NCBI GenBank assembly: GCA_964432405.1
Contig: CAYSNH010000002.1
Location: 24,695-43,445, forward strand
Length of the DNA: 18,751 bases
Reading direction: 5' to 3'
From: an uncultured Candidatus Saccharibacteria bacterium
GTDB taxonomy: Bacteria > Patescibacteriota > Minisyncoccia > UBA6257 > UBA11618
Program-made: the position numbers and the translations under genes
In this document: one piece after another, positions 8,272 to 15,751 of the stretch
How positions within the stretch are numbered: the stretch's first letter is position 1
How the letters are laid out: the number at the start of each line of letters is the position of its first letter
The notes under the pieces: generated by a model
What the model was told of the DNA's origin: nothing
Databases searched by the model: none
What the model saw: only the letters and a program-made list of their open reading frames with translations

Positions 8272-9270
8272 ATGATTAACAATCCTCTGTTAAAAGGATT
8301 CGAAAAAGTTTGGGAGAGAGCTCATCATGTACATATTAATTTTAACCAATTAAGTATCATGGCTCGAGTCTGGGCTAATCAACAAACACCCCTTCCTGAT
8401 TGGTATCTACCAATCTTCCCGGAAAAAGATGAGGAGTTTACTCAGTTTCTAGGCATCAACATGGCTATCAACTTTGGCTTTGTTAATCCTAAAAACAAAA
8501 AACTCTTTGCTGTTACATACAAAGACCAACTCTGGAAAGGTTCGGCTGCTCTTAGCGCTTGTTTGATGAGAGCGCTAGAAGATGGCCTTCCTATTCTCGA
8601 TGCTGGCTATCTCAGCCAACTTCAAGAAGAGGAGTTGTGTAAGATTTTGAAAGGCAATATGGCTAGGATCCCGCTCTTTAAGGAGCGCCTTCAAGCCTTG
8701 CGAATAATTGGCAACTCTTTGAATGGTAAGTTCTGTGGTCGTTTTGAAAGACTCTTCAGCAATGCTGACTATAGAGCCTTTCCTAAAACTGACTGGGATG
8801 GCGGGATTCTCGATTTTATTCGTAAATTCTTCCCACCTTTCTATGATTCTGGCTTCCACTACCGCAGTCATCACAATCTCAATTTCTTTCAACGAGCCCA
8901 AAACATGATCATCGTCTATCATGGTCGAGCCTCGGCTGACAACAGTCTGAAGCCGATCGAAGACATTGATCTCGTTGGTCCAGTGGCTGACTATCAAATT
9001 CCTAACGCCCTTCATGACATGAAGATATTGGAATACGACAGAGGGCTTGAGAGAAAGATTCTGAGAAGAATTGAACTGGAAAGTGGTGATGAAGAAGAGG
9101 TCGAGATCAGAGCCTTGTCAGCTAAGGCTGTTATTGAGTTACTCAAAAAAATTAATGAGATCAGGTCGGAGAAGGATCGCATCAATATTTGCCAACTCAA
9201 TCATCGATTGCGGCAAAGATCCAAAAGATGTCTGACTCCTCACCATCTGACTCTCTGTACATCTTATTAA
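8272..9270 (+). CDS. Queuosine salvage family protein (DUF2419 / QNG1-like queuosine 5'-phosphate N-glycosylase/hydrolase homolog)
   Basis: Recognised by recalled similarity to human QNG1 (C9orf64). Matches (this protein vs human): LMRALEDGLPILDAGY vs VNRALDEGIPITSASY; FFQRAQ vs FYKRAQ; ADYQIPNALHDMKILEY vs ADYRLPQVLAHLGALKY; EEVEIRA vs QEVEIRG; C-terminal PHHLTLCTSY vs PFHRIRCIYY. I prefer ATG 8272, which has AAGGAG 9 nt upstream, over the track's TTG 8251. Confidence 0.65.
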   Translation: MINNPLLKGFEKVWERAHHVHINFNQLSIMARVWANQQTPLPDWYLPIFPEKDEEFTQFLGINMAINFGFVNPKNKKLFAVTYKDQLWKGSAALSACLMRALEDGLPILDAGYLSQLQEEELCKILKGNMARIPLFKERLQALRIIGNSLNGKFCGRFERLFSNADYRAFPKTDWDGGILDFIRKFFPPFYDSGFHYRSHHNLNFFQRAQNMIIVYHGRASADNSLKPIEDIDLVGPVADYQIPNALHDMKILEYDRGLERKILRRIELESGDEEEVEIRALSAKAVIELLKKINEIRSEKDRINICQLNHRLRQRSKRCLTPHHLTLCTSY

Positions 9271-9301
9271 AAAACCCACTACCTAGTAGTGGGTTTATTT
9301 T
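9269..9301. terminator. Bidirectional rho-independent terminator
   Basis: Perfect 10 bp stem, AAACCCACTA (9272-9281) with TAGTGGGTTT (9287-9296), and a 5 nt loop. It has an A-run on the left and TATTTT on the right. It sits between the + strand queuosine-salvage gene and the 3' end of the minus-strand tRNA-Glu. Confidence 0.7.
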
Positions 9302-9303
9302 AG

Positions 9304-9376
9304 TGCTCCCAAGGGGAATCGAACCCCTATTTTCGCCGTGAGAGGGCGATGTCCTGAGCCATTAGACGATGAGAGC
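9304..9376 (-). tRNA. tRNA-Glu (anticodon CUC)
   Basis: Hand-folded 73 nt cloverleaf: GCTCTCA/TGGGAGC acceptor stem, 3 bp GTC/GAC D-stem typical of tRNA-Glu, anticodon arm TCGCC-CTCTCAC-GGCGA, T-arm AGGGG-TTCGATT-CCCCT, discriminator A. No CCA is encoded. Its 5' base (9376) is also the last base of the murF stop codon. Confidence 0.9.
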
Positions 9377-10623
9377 TACATCAACCGAATCTCTTGAACA
9401 ATCCGATCTAATTCTATAACACGAGAACCCTTGATCAAAACTAGGTCTCCTTTTTCTAATAATCCTTGAACTTCTAACTTAGCTTGTTCTGCTGTATCAA
9501 AGCTGAAAATATTGCTTTTGTCAAACCCTGCCTGAGCAGCAGCTTCAGCGATAAATTTGGCTCGTAAGCCAACGGTAACCAAGATATCCAAAGATTCATT
9601 ACAAAGCTGACCAACCGCTTCATGAGCAGCATTGGTAAATTGACCCAGCTCTAACATGTCACCTAACACCCCCACCTTTCTGTTAGCTTTTAGATCTCTT
9701 ACCGTATCTAAAGCTGCGTGCATTGATAAGGGAGCGGCGTTGTAACTGTCATCGATAATATAAGTTCCTTTAATTCCTGGCAGAAGCTTCATTCTTTGAG
9801 CTGGCGGTTGATAGTATTGAATAGCTTCGGCAATCTTCACCAAACTAAGGCCAAAAGCCAAACCTATAGAAGCGGCTGCAGCAACCGCGTAAGCCTGCGC
9901 TTTGCCAAAAGCACCTGTTAGTCGAATCGGCACAAAATCACCCGCATGCTCTAATTTAAAGGCGATTCCGAGAGGCTTATGACCACCGGTATGTAAAGTT
10001 TCACTCTTGTTTTCAAAATTAGTTATTCTAACCTCTGCCCCCTTGCCAAAACCAAAGGTAATTATATGAGCTCGTGTTTTCTCTCTCATTCTCATTACCG
10101 ATTCATCATCGAAATTGAGAACACCAAAACCAGCTGAAGGAAGCGCTTCTATGATGCGAGATTTTTCTCGAGCAACTGCTTCTGGGCCGCTATAAAACTC
10201 AACATGAACTGGGATGGCGCCAACAGTTGTTACCAGCCCCATCTGTGGTTGAGCTATATCTAAAAGATATCTAATATCACCCGGTCGATCAGCAGCATAC
10301 TCTAAGACTAATATCTCTGGATAATCCACCTTAATCATAAGATTTTTAATAGCCTGACAGATGACCTTGGGCCAGAAAAATAAACCCTTAACCTCCTTGT
10401 AATCGCCAAGAATAGTTAGAGGGAGTCCGATCTCATTATTAAAATTACCCCTACTAGACCGCACCTCTCTAATATTACGCAAAATAGTATAGATAGCGTC
10501 TTTGGTAGAGGTTTTACCAACCGTGCCTGTAACGGCTACGATTCCTGGTTGATATTTTTTAATAGTCTTGATGGCTAAGACTTTTAAAATATTCTTTAAT
10601 TTGCTTCTTAAAAAACTTCTCAT
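9376..10623 (-). CDS. murF: UDP-N-acetylmuramoyl-tripeptide--D-alanyl-D-alanine ligase (MurF-type Mur ligase)
   Basis: 415 aa. Mur ligase P-loop VTGTVGKTSTKD and the MurF-typical NFNNEIGLPLTIL motif. Its start overlaps the ftsI stop as ATGA. It lies within the dcw cluster. Confidence 0.8.
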   Translation of the reverse strand: MRSFLRSKLKNILKVLAIKTIKKYQPGIVAVTGTVGKTSTKDAIYTILRNIREVRSSRGNFNNEIGLPLTILGDYKEVKGLFFWPKVICQAIKNLMIKVDYPEILVLEYAADRPGDIRYLLDIAQPQMGLVTTVGAIPVHVEFYSGPEAVAREKSRIIEALPSAGFGVLNFDDESVMRMREKTRAHIITFGFGKGAEVRITNFENKSETLHTGGHKPLGIAFKLEHAGDFVPIRLTGAFGKAQAYAVAAAASIGLAFGLSLVKIAEAIQYYQPPAQRMKLLPGIKGTYIIDDSYNAAPLSMHAALDTVRDLKANRKVGVLGDMLELGQFTNAAHEAVGQLCNESLDILVTVGLRAKFIAEAAAQAGFDKSNIFSFDTAEQAKLEVQGLLEKGDLVLIKGSRVIELDRIVQEIRLM

Positions 10624-12260
10624 GATTCAGAAAGGTTGTCTGGTGCTATATTATAATAGTTTAATATAAATTCTGCTAGTTCGCGAAAAGCAGGAACTAC
10701 AGTCTGACCAGCTAGAGGAGCTCCTAAAGGCTTGTCTATTCTAAATAAAATAACAAATTCAGCATCAGAAGAAGGAGCGAAGCCGATATAGGTGTTAATA
10801 ACATCATCGGTATAACCGCCTTTTTTAAAGTCTGGTACTTGAGCCGTACCCGTCTTGCCAGCCACCTTGTATTTAGGGACCTGAGCCACTCGAGCCTTCT
10901 TAACAGCTGAGGTCATGATGGCCGTTATCTCATTAGCAGACTTCTCACTAATCACCCGCCTTATCTTCTGAGGCTTGTTAGATTTCAGGATATTAGGCTT
11001 CATCAAGAATCCTTTGTTGGCGATGGTGGAGATGGCATTGATAAGAGCAATGGGCGTTACCGAAACCCCCTGTCCAAAAGAGGCCGTAGCTAGATGAATG
11101 GCTCGAGGCTTTTTAACCGGCTCGATATTACCCACCACTTCATTTGATAACTGAATGTTGGTTTTTTTGGTAAAGCCAAATTTAGTTAAATAATCATGGT
11201 ACTTATCTTTTCCTAACTGTCTGCCGGCATAAGCGCTGCCGGTATTAAGTGATTTTTCAATGACCTGAGTCATTGTGGTCTGACCATGAGCCTTAAGATC
11301 CCAGTTTCTAATAGTTCTGCCATTAAGCGTAAGAGAGCCGCTATCATAATAGGTAGTGGTAGGGGTGACAACTCCAGCGTCTAAAGCAGAGGCCATGGTG
11401 ATAACTTTGAAGATAGAACCCGGCTCATAGATAGACTGTGTAACGGGATTGAGAAAGGTCTGGAGACTATTCTTAGAATACTCATTAGGATCAAAGGCTG
11501 GATAAGCTCCCAGGGAGAGGATGCTGCCAGTCTTAGGATTTTGAACGATGACCATGCCCTTTTCTGCCTTATAGGTGTCAACTAGTTTTTTAAGAATCTT
11601 TTCTGATTCTTCTTGAATATTGTGATCAATAGTCAGCTCTAGATCCTCCCCCTGTTTAGGACGAGTTATCTTATCCCCTGTCACCTTACCCGGCACACCT
11701 CTTAATGAATCATCAAAACGTCTTTCTAAGCCATAACGACCACGAAACGTATCATCTTTTTCATTGGGAGCGATAAACCCTAAAATATGCGCGGCTAGCT
11801 TTCCAAAAGGATAGAAGCGAAACTCCTGCTCATCAATATAAACACCTTCCAAATCAGCTTCGTTAATCTTCTCTACCTGTTCTTTATTAGCTTTTTTTTG
11901 TAACAGGCGATAAAGAGAGTTCTCTCGGGAAAGATTTTTCTTTAAATCAGCCTCGTCTTTGTTGAGGATGTTGGCTAATATTTGAGATGTTTTTTCAACA
12001 TTCTTGATCTCTTTTGGAACAGCAAAAATAACCGGATAAGACTTGTTTAAAGCTGCTGGAACCTTCTTCTTTTCTTTGTCGGTAAAATAAATAACCCCTC
12101 GGTGAGGTTCTAAAAATCCAGCCAATTTATACTGTGATTCAGCCCGAGATGAGAAGTATGATCCCCTGTTAATCTGAAGATCGTGGAGGCTGTAAATTAG
12201 GTACGAAAAAGCGCCAAAAATTCCAAGTATTATAATTGTGAAACGGAAACGACTGACCAT
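10620..12260 (-). CDS. ftsI: Class B penicillin-binding protein / peptidoglycan D,D-transpeptidase (FtsI/PBP2-like)
   Basis: 546 aa. N-terminal TM anchor and the three transpeptidase motifs: SxxK (SIFK), SxN (SLN) and KTG (KTGTA). It lies within the dcw cluster. Confidence 0.9.
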   Translation of the reverse strand: MVSRFRFTIIILGIFGAFSYLIYSLHDLQINRGSYFSSRAESQYKLAGFLEPHRGVIYFTDKEKKKVPAALNKSYPVIFAVPKEIKNVEKTSQILANILNKDEADLKKNLSRENSLYRLLQKKANKEQVEKINEADLEGVYIDEQEFRFYPFGKLAAHILGFIAPNEKDDTFRGRYGLERRFDDSLRGVPGKVTGDKITRPKQGEDLELTIDHNIQEESEKILKKLVDTYKAEKGMVIVQNPKTGSILSLGAYPAFDPNEYSKNSLQTFLNPVTQSIYEPGSIFKVITMASALDAGVVTPTTTYYDSGSLTLNGRTIRNWDLKAHGQTTMTQVIEKSLNTGSAYAGRQLGKDKYHDYLTKFGFTKKTNIQLSNEVVGNIEPVKKPRAIHLATASFGQGVSVTPIALINAISTIANKGFLMKPNILKSNKPQKIRRVISEKSANEITAIMTSAVKKARVAQVPKYKVAGKTGTAQVPDFKKGGYTDDVINTYIGFAPSSDAEFVILFRIDKPLGAPLAGQTVVPAFRELAEFILNYYNIAPDNLSES

Positions 12261-12553
12261 GAACCATCAACCTGAATATAATCAGGAGATTTAACCTTCA
12301 TAAGGCCACGCTCTTCACCGAGAGCGGTCAAAAGCTGAGAGTCTATAGCTTGATAAAGTTTGTTTTTGATATCAGCATTAGCCACTTTTAGTTCTTGTAG
12401 TTTTTGTTCACTAGCGGAAAGATTGTGACGCAGGTTAACGGTTTGATTATAAACGTTAACGCCCCAAAAGACCATTAACAATAAAATGGTAATTAATCCG
12501 ATTAAAAGAAAGCTTATACTACTCTTATTATTATTTGGTCTTATGAATGTCAT
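12230..12553 (-). CDS. FtsL-like small bitopic cell-division protein
   Basis: 107 aa with a single TM (ISFLLIGLITILLLMVFWGV) followed by a coiled-coil-like segment. It occupies the ftsL slot between rsmH and ftsI and overlaps the ftsI start by 31 nt. The call rests on position and architecture only. Confidence 0.5.
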   Translation of the reverse strand: MTFIRPNNNKSSISFLLIGLITILLLMVFWGVNVYNQTVNLRHNLSASEQKLQELKVANADIKNKLYQAIDSQLLTALGEERGLMKVKSPDYIQVDGSWSVVSVSQL

Positions 12554-12554
12554 T

Positions 12555-13421
12555 TTATTTTACTAACGCCCCGCGCAACTTAGCTGACCGAGCTCGTGTA
12601 TTATTTTTTATTTCTTCTTCGCTTGGTTTAATAACTTTTTTGGTAATTTCCTCGAACAAACCTTCTTTGGCTAGTTGTCGGAAGCTGTTTTTAACTATTC
12701 GATCCTCAAGAGAGTGGAAAGATATTACAGCAATCCGTCCCTGAGGGGCCATTATTTTATATAAATTATCTAGTAACAATTCGAGGTTCTCTAACTCTTG
12801 ATTGGCGTAAATACGAAGAGCCATAAAAGTTCGAGTAGCAGGATGAATTCTAGACTTCCTATATGCCTGAGGAACAGCTCTTTTAACTATCTCAGCCAGC
12901 TCTTTACTGGTAACAATAGGCTGTTTTTTATGCTGTTTTTTAATAGCATAAGCGATTTTTCGAGAGTGACGCTCTTCACCATATTTGTAGATGATATTAG
13001 CCAACTCTTCTTCATCAATTTCAGCGATAATCTCCATGACCGGTTTCTGTTGGTCGTTATAAGTCATTAACAACGGTTCATCAGCCATAAAAGAAAATCC
13101 TCTACCCGACCTCTCTAACTCATTAGAGGAGAAGCCTAGATCAAGCAATAAACCATCAATCTGAGGATATTGCTGCTTTTCTAGAATTTCAGGTATTTGA
13201 GTGAAATTAGAAACTACACAATCAACTCCCTCAAACTTTTCCTGACAGGTCTTGATCGCCTGCTCGTTCCAATCAATAGCCAAAAGACGGCCTTTGGGCT
13301 GAATTTTCTGCCAAATCTCTTGAGTGTGACCGCCGCCGCCAAAAGTGCCATCAACAAATGTCTCTCCTGGTTGCGGGTTCAACAACTCAATTGTTTCCTT
13401 TAAAAGTACGGGAATATGCAT
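12555..13421 (-). CDS. rsmH: 16S rRNA (cytosine1402-N4)-methyltransferase RsmH (MraW)
   Basis: 288 aa. MHIPVLLKETIELL...VDGTFGGGGH (SAM motif), LLDLGFSS, and ISFHSLEDRIVK, all RsmH hallmarks. Confidence 0.95.
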   Translation of the reverse strand: MHIPVLLKETIELLNPQPGETFVDGTFGGGGHTQEIWQKIQPKGRLLAIDWNEQAIKTCQEKFEGVDCVVSNFTQIPEILEKQQYPQIDGLLLDLGFSSNELERSGRGFSFMADEPLLMTYNDQQKPVMEIIAEIDEEELANIIYKYGEERHSRKIAYAIKKQHKKQPIVTSKELAEIVKRAVPQAYRKSRIHPATRTFMALRIYANQELENLELLLDNLYKIMAPQGRIAVISFHSLEDRIVKNSFRQLAKEGLFEEITKKVIKPSEEEIKNNTRARSAKLRGALVK

Positions 13422-13422
13422 G

Positions 13423-13854
13423 TTATATGTTTAGATCAGTTAGTTTTTCAGCTATCTCATCCGACTCAGCTTCAGTTCTAGTTTTATACTCTTGCCATTT
13501 TTCCTTGTCCCAAATTTCAACTCTGTTAAATAGACCAGCAATGACTGCTTCTTTATTTAAACCAGCATACTCTCTCAAATAGTCAGGCAAAAGAATTCTT
13601 CCCTGACTATCTAAACTAACTTGCATAGCTCCAGCTAACATCAAACGAACAAAAGCTCGGGAATTAGCCTGAGTTAAAGGCAAAGCTACCAGCTTCTGAG
13701 CTAGCTCTTGCCACTCGGTTTCGGTATAAATGAACAAACAGTGATCTAAGCCTCTGGTAACAACAACACCAGTCCCTAATTGTGGACGAAACTTAGCAGG
13801 AACTGCTACGCGACCTTTTTGATCTATACTGTGTTGATATTCACCAATAAACAT
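13423..13854 (-). CDS. mraZ: Transcriptional regulator MraZ
   Basis: 143 aa. MFIGEYQHSIDQKGRVAVPAKFR and a second SpoVT/AbrB-like repeat, LDSQGRILLPDYLR. It is the first gene of the dcw cluster. Confidence 0.95.
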   Translation of the reverse strand: MFIGEYQHSIDQKGRVAVPAKFRPQLGTGVVVTRGLDHCLFIYTETEWQELAQKLVALPLTQANSRAFVRLMLAGAMQVSLDSQGRILLPDYLREYAGLNKEAVIAGLFNRVEIWDKEKWQEYKTRTEAESDEIAEKLTDLNI

Positions 13855-13880
13855 AGGATTTGGGTAGGTTTTATAGGTTA

Positions 13881-13930
13881 ATTATATGATACCATATATT
13901 CCCCACTTTCATCCACATTTCACCACTGAT
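13881..13930 (-). promoter_or_regulatory. mraZ promoter region with three phased GTGG direct repeats (predicted MraZ operator)
   Basis: On the minus strand there is a TATAAT at 13881-13886. Upstream are three consecutive decamers, ATCAGTGGTG / AAATGTGGAT / GAAAGTGGGG (13901-13930), with GTGG at exactly 10 bp spacing. A fourth identical AAAGTGGGG lies at 13963-13971. Confidence 0.5.
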
Positions 13931-14009
13931 TTAATTTTATACTAAAAAAGCAGGGTTACAAACCCCACTTTGTGGATAACTTATTAGAAAATAAGCTTAT
14001 TTTGAGAAT

Positions 14010-14035
14010 AAAAAAAGGGGCTCAAAAGAGACCCC
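14010..14035 (-). terminator. Rho-independent terminator after the PRTase-like gene
   Basis: Minus strand reads GGGGTCTC-TTTT-GAGCCCC followed by seven T. It starts 6 nt after the stop codon and has one bulged base in the stem. Confidence 0.6.
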
Positions 14036-14041
14036 TATCCT

Positions 14042-14695
14042 TTACAAATTAAGATGATTTAATGGAACGTCGTCTACCTTGCTTTCAGACAAGTCAATCC
14101 CCTGACAATCTGGGCATTGATCTTGAGTCCAAATTTGAAAACTAGCACTCGCCAAAGGGATGATGCTGAAAATGCCATCTCTAGACAAAGGCAGTCCTGA
14201 ATTGAGATTCAAGATTGCAGTTAAGCCAGCTACAACCCCACCCAATTCACGAGTTAGGTGAACTAGCTTTGTATTCTGACTTTCGATGTAGAAGATGTCA
14301 TCCACTATCAAAACCTTATGCCTCTTGATGAAAAGCTGGTGGTGGTGATGGATGAAAAACTCACCGTCCTGATCTTTCTCGGCAAAAAAAACATTGACGG
14401 GCTTGCTTCCAGAAAACCGATCATAGATCTCAGCTAATTGCTGAGCTATAAGATAGGTTTCCACAGAAGTTGCTAAAAAGGTGTTGATAACACACCTTTT
14501 CTCATATGCAGCAACAAGTATGCGACTAAGAGAAAAACAAAAAGCGTTGAGCTGCTGTTGATTCTCATACAAAAAAGAACGGTTAATTGCTAGATTGCTA
14601 TGATAACCATCCTCCAAATCAGTATGTGAGCGACGAACAATCACCCGCAAATCCTCTAGTATGTGTATAGGCAGCTTGATTTTTTGCTGATCCAT
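14042..14695 (-). CDS. Phosphoribosyltransferase-like (type I PRTase / orotate-PRTase-like fold) protein with a degenerate PRPP loop
   Basis: 217 aa. The hydrophobic-strand-plus-acidic-pair signature KVLIVDDI sits where PRPP-binding motifs normally do. It is followed by FYIESQNT rather than the usual xTTGxT. The N-terminal SHTDLEDGYHSNLAI resembles the GHFxLSSGxHSxxY segment of PyrE-like proteins. It also has an HHHH run and a C-terminal CPDC. A strong SD (AAGGAGGA) lies 5 nt upstream of the ATG. Confidence 0.5.
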   Translation of the reverse strand: MDQQKIKLPIHILEDLRVIVRRSHTDLEDGYHSNLAINRSFLYENQQQLNAFCFSLSRILVAAYEKRCVINTFLATSVETYLIAQQLAEIYDRFSGSKPVNVFFAEKDQDGEFFIHHHHQLFIKRHKVLIVDDIFYIESQNTKLVHLTRELGGVVAGLTAILNLNSGLPLSRDGIFSIIPLASASFQIWTQDQCPDCQGIDLSESKVDDVPLNHLNL

Positions 14696-14746
14696 TTTAT
14701 TCCTCCTTGTTAAAGTACTTAGATAAAGAATATCCTTATTGTTCCT

Positions 14747-14775
14747 ATTATAATATTTAAAGATGAATTAGTCAA
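14747..14775 (-). promoter_or_regulatory. Near-consensus sigma70-type promoter for the PRTase-like gene
   Basis: Minus strand reads TTGACT (14770-14775), 17 nt spacer, TATAAT (14747-14752). Confidence 0.55.
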
Positions 14776-14779
14776 GTTC

Positions 14780-14807
14780 TTGCTAATAAAAGATTTTTTT
14801 GTATAAT
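14780..14807 (+). promoter_or_regulatory. Near-consensus sigma70-type promoter for thyX, back-to-back with the previous promoter
   Basis: TTGCTA (14780-14785), 16 nt spacer, TATAAT (14802-14807). Only 4 nt separate the two divergent -35 boxes. This implies a leader of about 165-210 nt before thyX. Confidence 0.5.
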
Positions 14808-15024
14808 GGGGGTTAGCAATTTAACATTTTCTAAAAAAAAGGAAGGTAAACATCTAGCCAAAAGAGAAAGCGAGAGAATAATGTGGTTTGTTAATCCAAA
14901 CGGCCTCTGAAAGGAAGGCTTTACTTGAAGAGCTTTATACTAGTGCCGATCTTACTAATTCCCAAATCAATGACTTGGAGTGGATGAGCAGTCGATTCCA
15001 CAAAGTCGGAAAGGTAAATTTGCC

Positions 15025-15744
15025 ATGCAATTTACGAGTGATATTAAAGTCAACTTGATTCAGAAAATGGGTGGCGATCACATGGTCGTTGCAGCAGCCA
15101 AAGTCAGCACAGATGGAGAAGCTGCCGAGAAGATGGCTTATGAATCTGCGGAAGGAAAGGCGGGTTTAATCAATTACTTGATGAATCATCGTCACGGTAC
15201 GCCCTTTGAACATTCGGCTTTGACGTTTTTTGTGCACGCTCCTATCCTTGTATGGCGAGAGTGGCATCGTCATCGTGTGGGATTCAGCTATAACGAGGAA
15301 TCGGGCCGCTACAAAAAGCTAGAACCACTGTTCTATCTGCCTGACCGTGAACGTCTCATGATGAAGATTGAGGATTGGAAACCGGGTCGACCTAAATTCA
15401 CACGTTGTGAAAGTGACTTGGTTTTTGAGCAATTGTGTAACAACTTGAAGCAAGCCTATGAGCTATCGTACGCAATGTACGAGGCTAACTTAGCTTTAAA
15501 AATTGATCCCGGACTCGCACGAGATTGTCTCCCAGTTGGTATCTACTCGGGCTGTTGGGTCACCTGCAATCCTCGATCGCTAATGGCCTTCCTTTCTCTT
15601 CGTACGCATGAGCCAGACGCTACTCAAATTTCTTATCCGCTATGGGAAATTGAGGTAGCTGCTCGTATTTGTGAGCAGATTTTAGAATCGGGTTGGCCTA
15701 TCACTTACAAAGCATTCGTCAACAATGGAAGAGTTGGTCCGTAG
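15025..15744 (+). CDS. thyX: Flavin-dependent thymidylate synthase ThyX
   Basis: ThyX signature RHRxxSxxxxSxRY is present as HRHRVGFSYNEESGRY. Also HGTPFEH and NPRSLMAFLSLR. I prefer ATG 15025 (MQFTSDIKVNLIQ..., with GGAAAGG 10 nt upstream). The track's GTG 14980 would add 15 aa. Confidence 0.9.
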   Translation: MQFTSDIKVNLIQKMGGDHMVVAAAKVSTDGEAAEKMAYESAEGKAGLINYLMNHRHGTPFEHSALTFFVHAPILVWREWHRHRVGFSYNEESGRYKKLEPLFYLPDRERLMMKIEDWKPGRPKFTRCESDLVFEQLCNNLKQAYELSYAMYEANLALKIDPGLARDCLPVGIYSGCWVTCNPRSLMAFLSLRTHEPDATQISYPLWEIEVAARICEQILESGWPITYKAFVNNGRVGP

Positions 15745-15751
15745 AAACGCT

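Noticed and set aside
8575-9200. ORFs 8575-9015 (-), 8723-8908 (+) and 9012-9200 (-).
   Set aside because: They are embedded in or antisense to the queuosine-salvage CDS, which has clear homology blocks. I recognised no motifs in them.
11381-13582. ORFs 11381-11581 (-), 12547-12744 (+), 12798-13070 (+), 13197-13403 (+) and 13358-13582 (+).
   Set aside because: All overlap ftsI, rsmH or mraZ, out of frame or antisense. Those host genes carry diagnostic motifs, so these are shadow ORFs.
4268-13979. Chromosomal origin (oriC), suggested by perfect DnaA boxes and the nearby dnaB.
   Set aside because: There are only two perfect boxes and they lie 9.7 kb apart. There is no cluster, no adjacent AT-rich unwinding element that I could define, and no dnaA or dnaN in the window. 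A transcriptional role or chance is more likely.
13966-13980. A possible att-type direct repeat of the tRNA-Ile 3' end (GCATTGTGGGAATCG at 16332-16346) at the far side of the cassette (CACTTTGTGGATAAC).
   Set aside because: Only about 9 of 13 positions match, and the shared core TTGTGG is also explained by the DnaA-like and MraZ-like boxes. No integrase is present. This is insufficient to call island boundaries.
14888-15060. A 57-codon TTG-initiated frame (...ERKALLEELYTSADLTNSQINDLEWMSSRFHKVGK...) in the thyX leader.
   Set aside because: It has no ATG start or SD, it overlaps the thyX start in another frame, and its length is within chance expectation. It is mentioned under the leader finding only.
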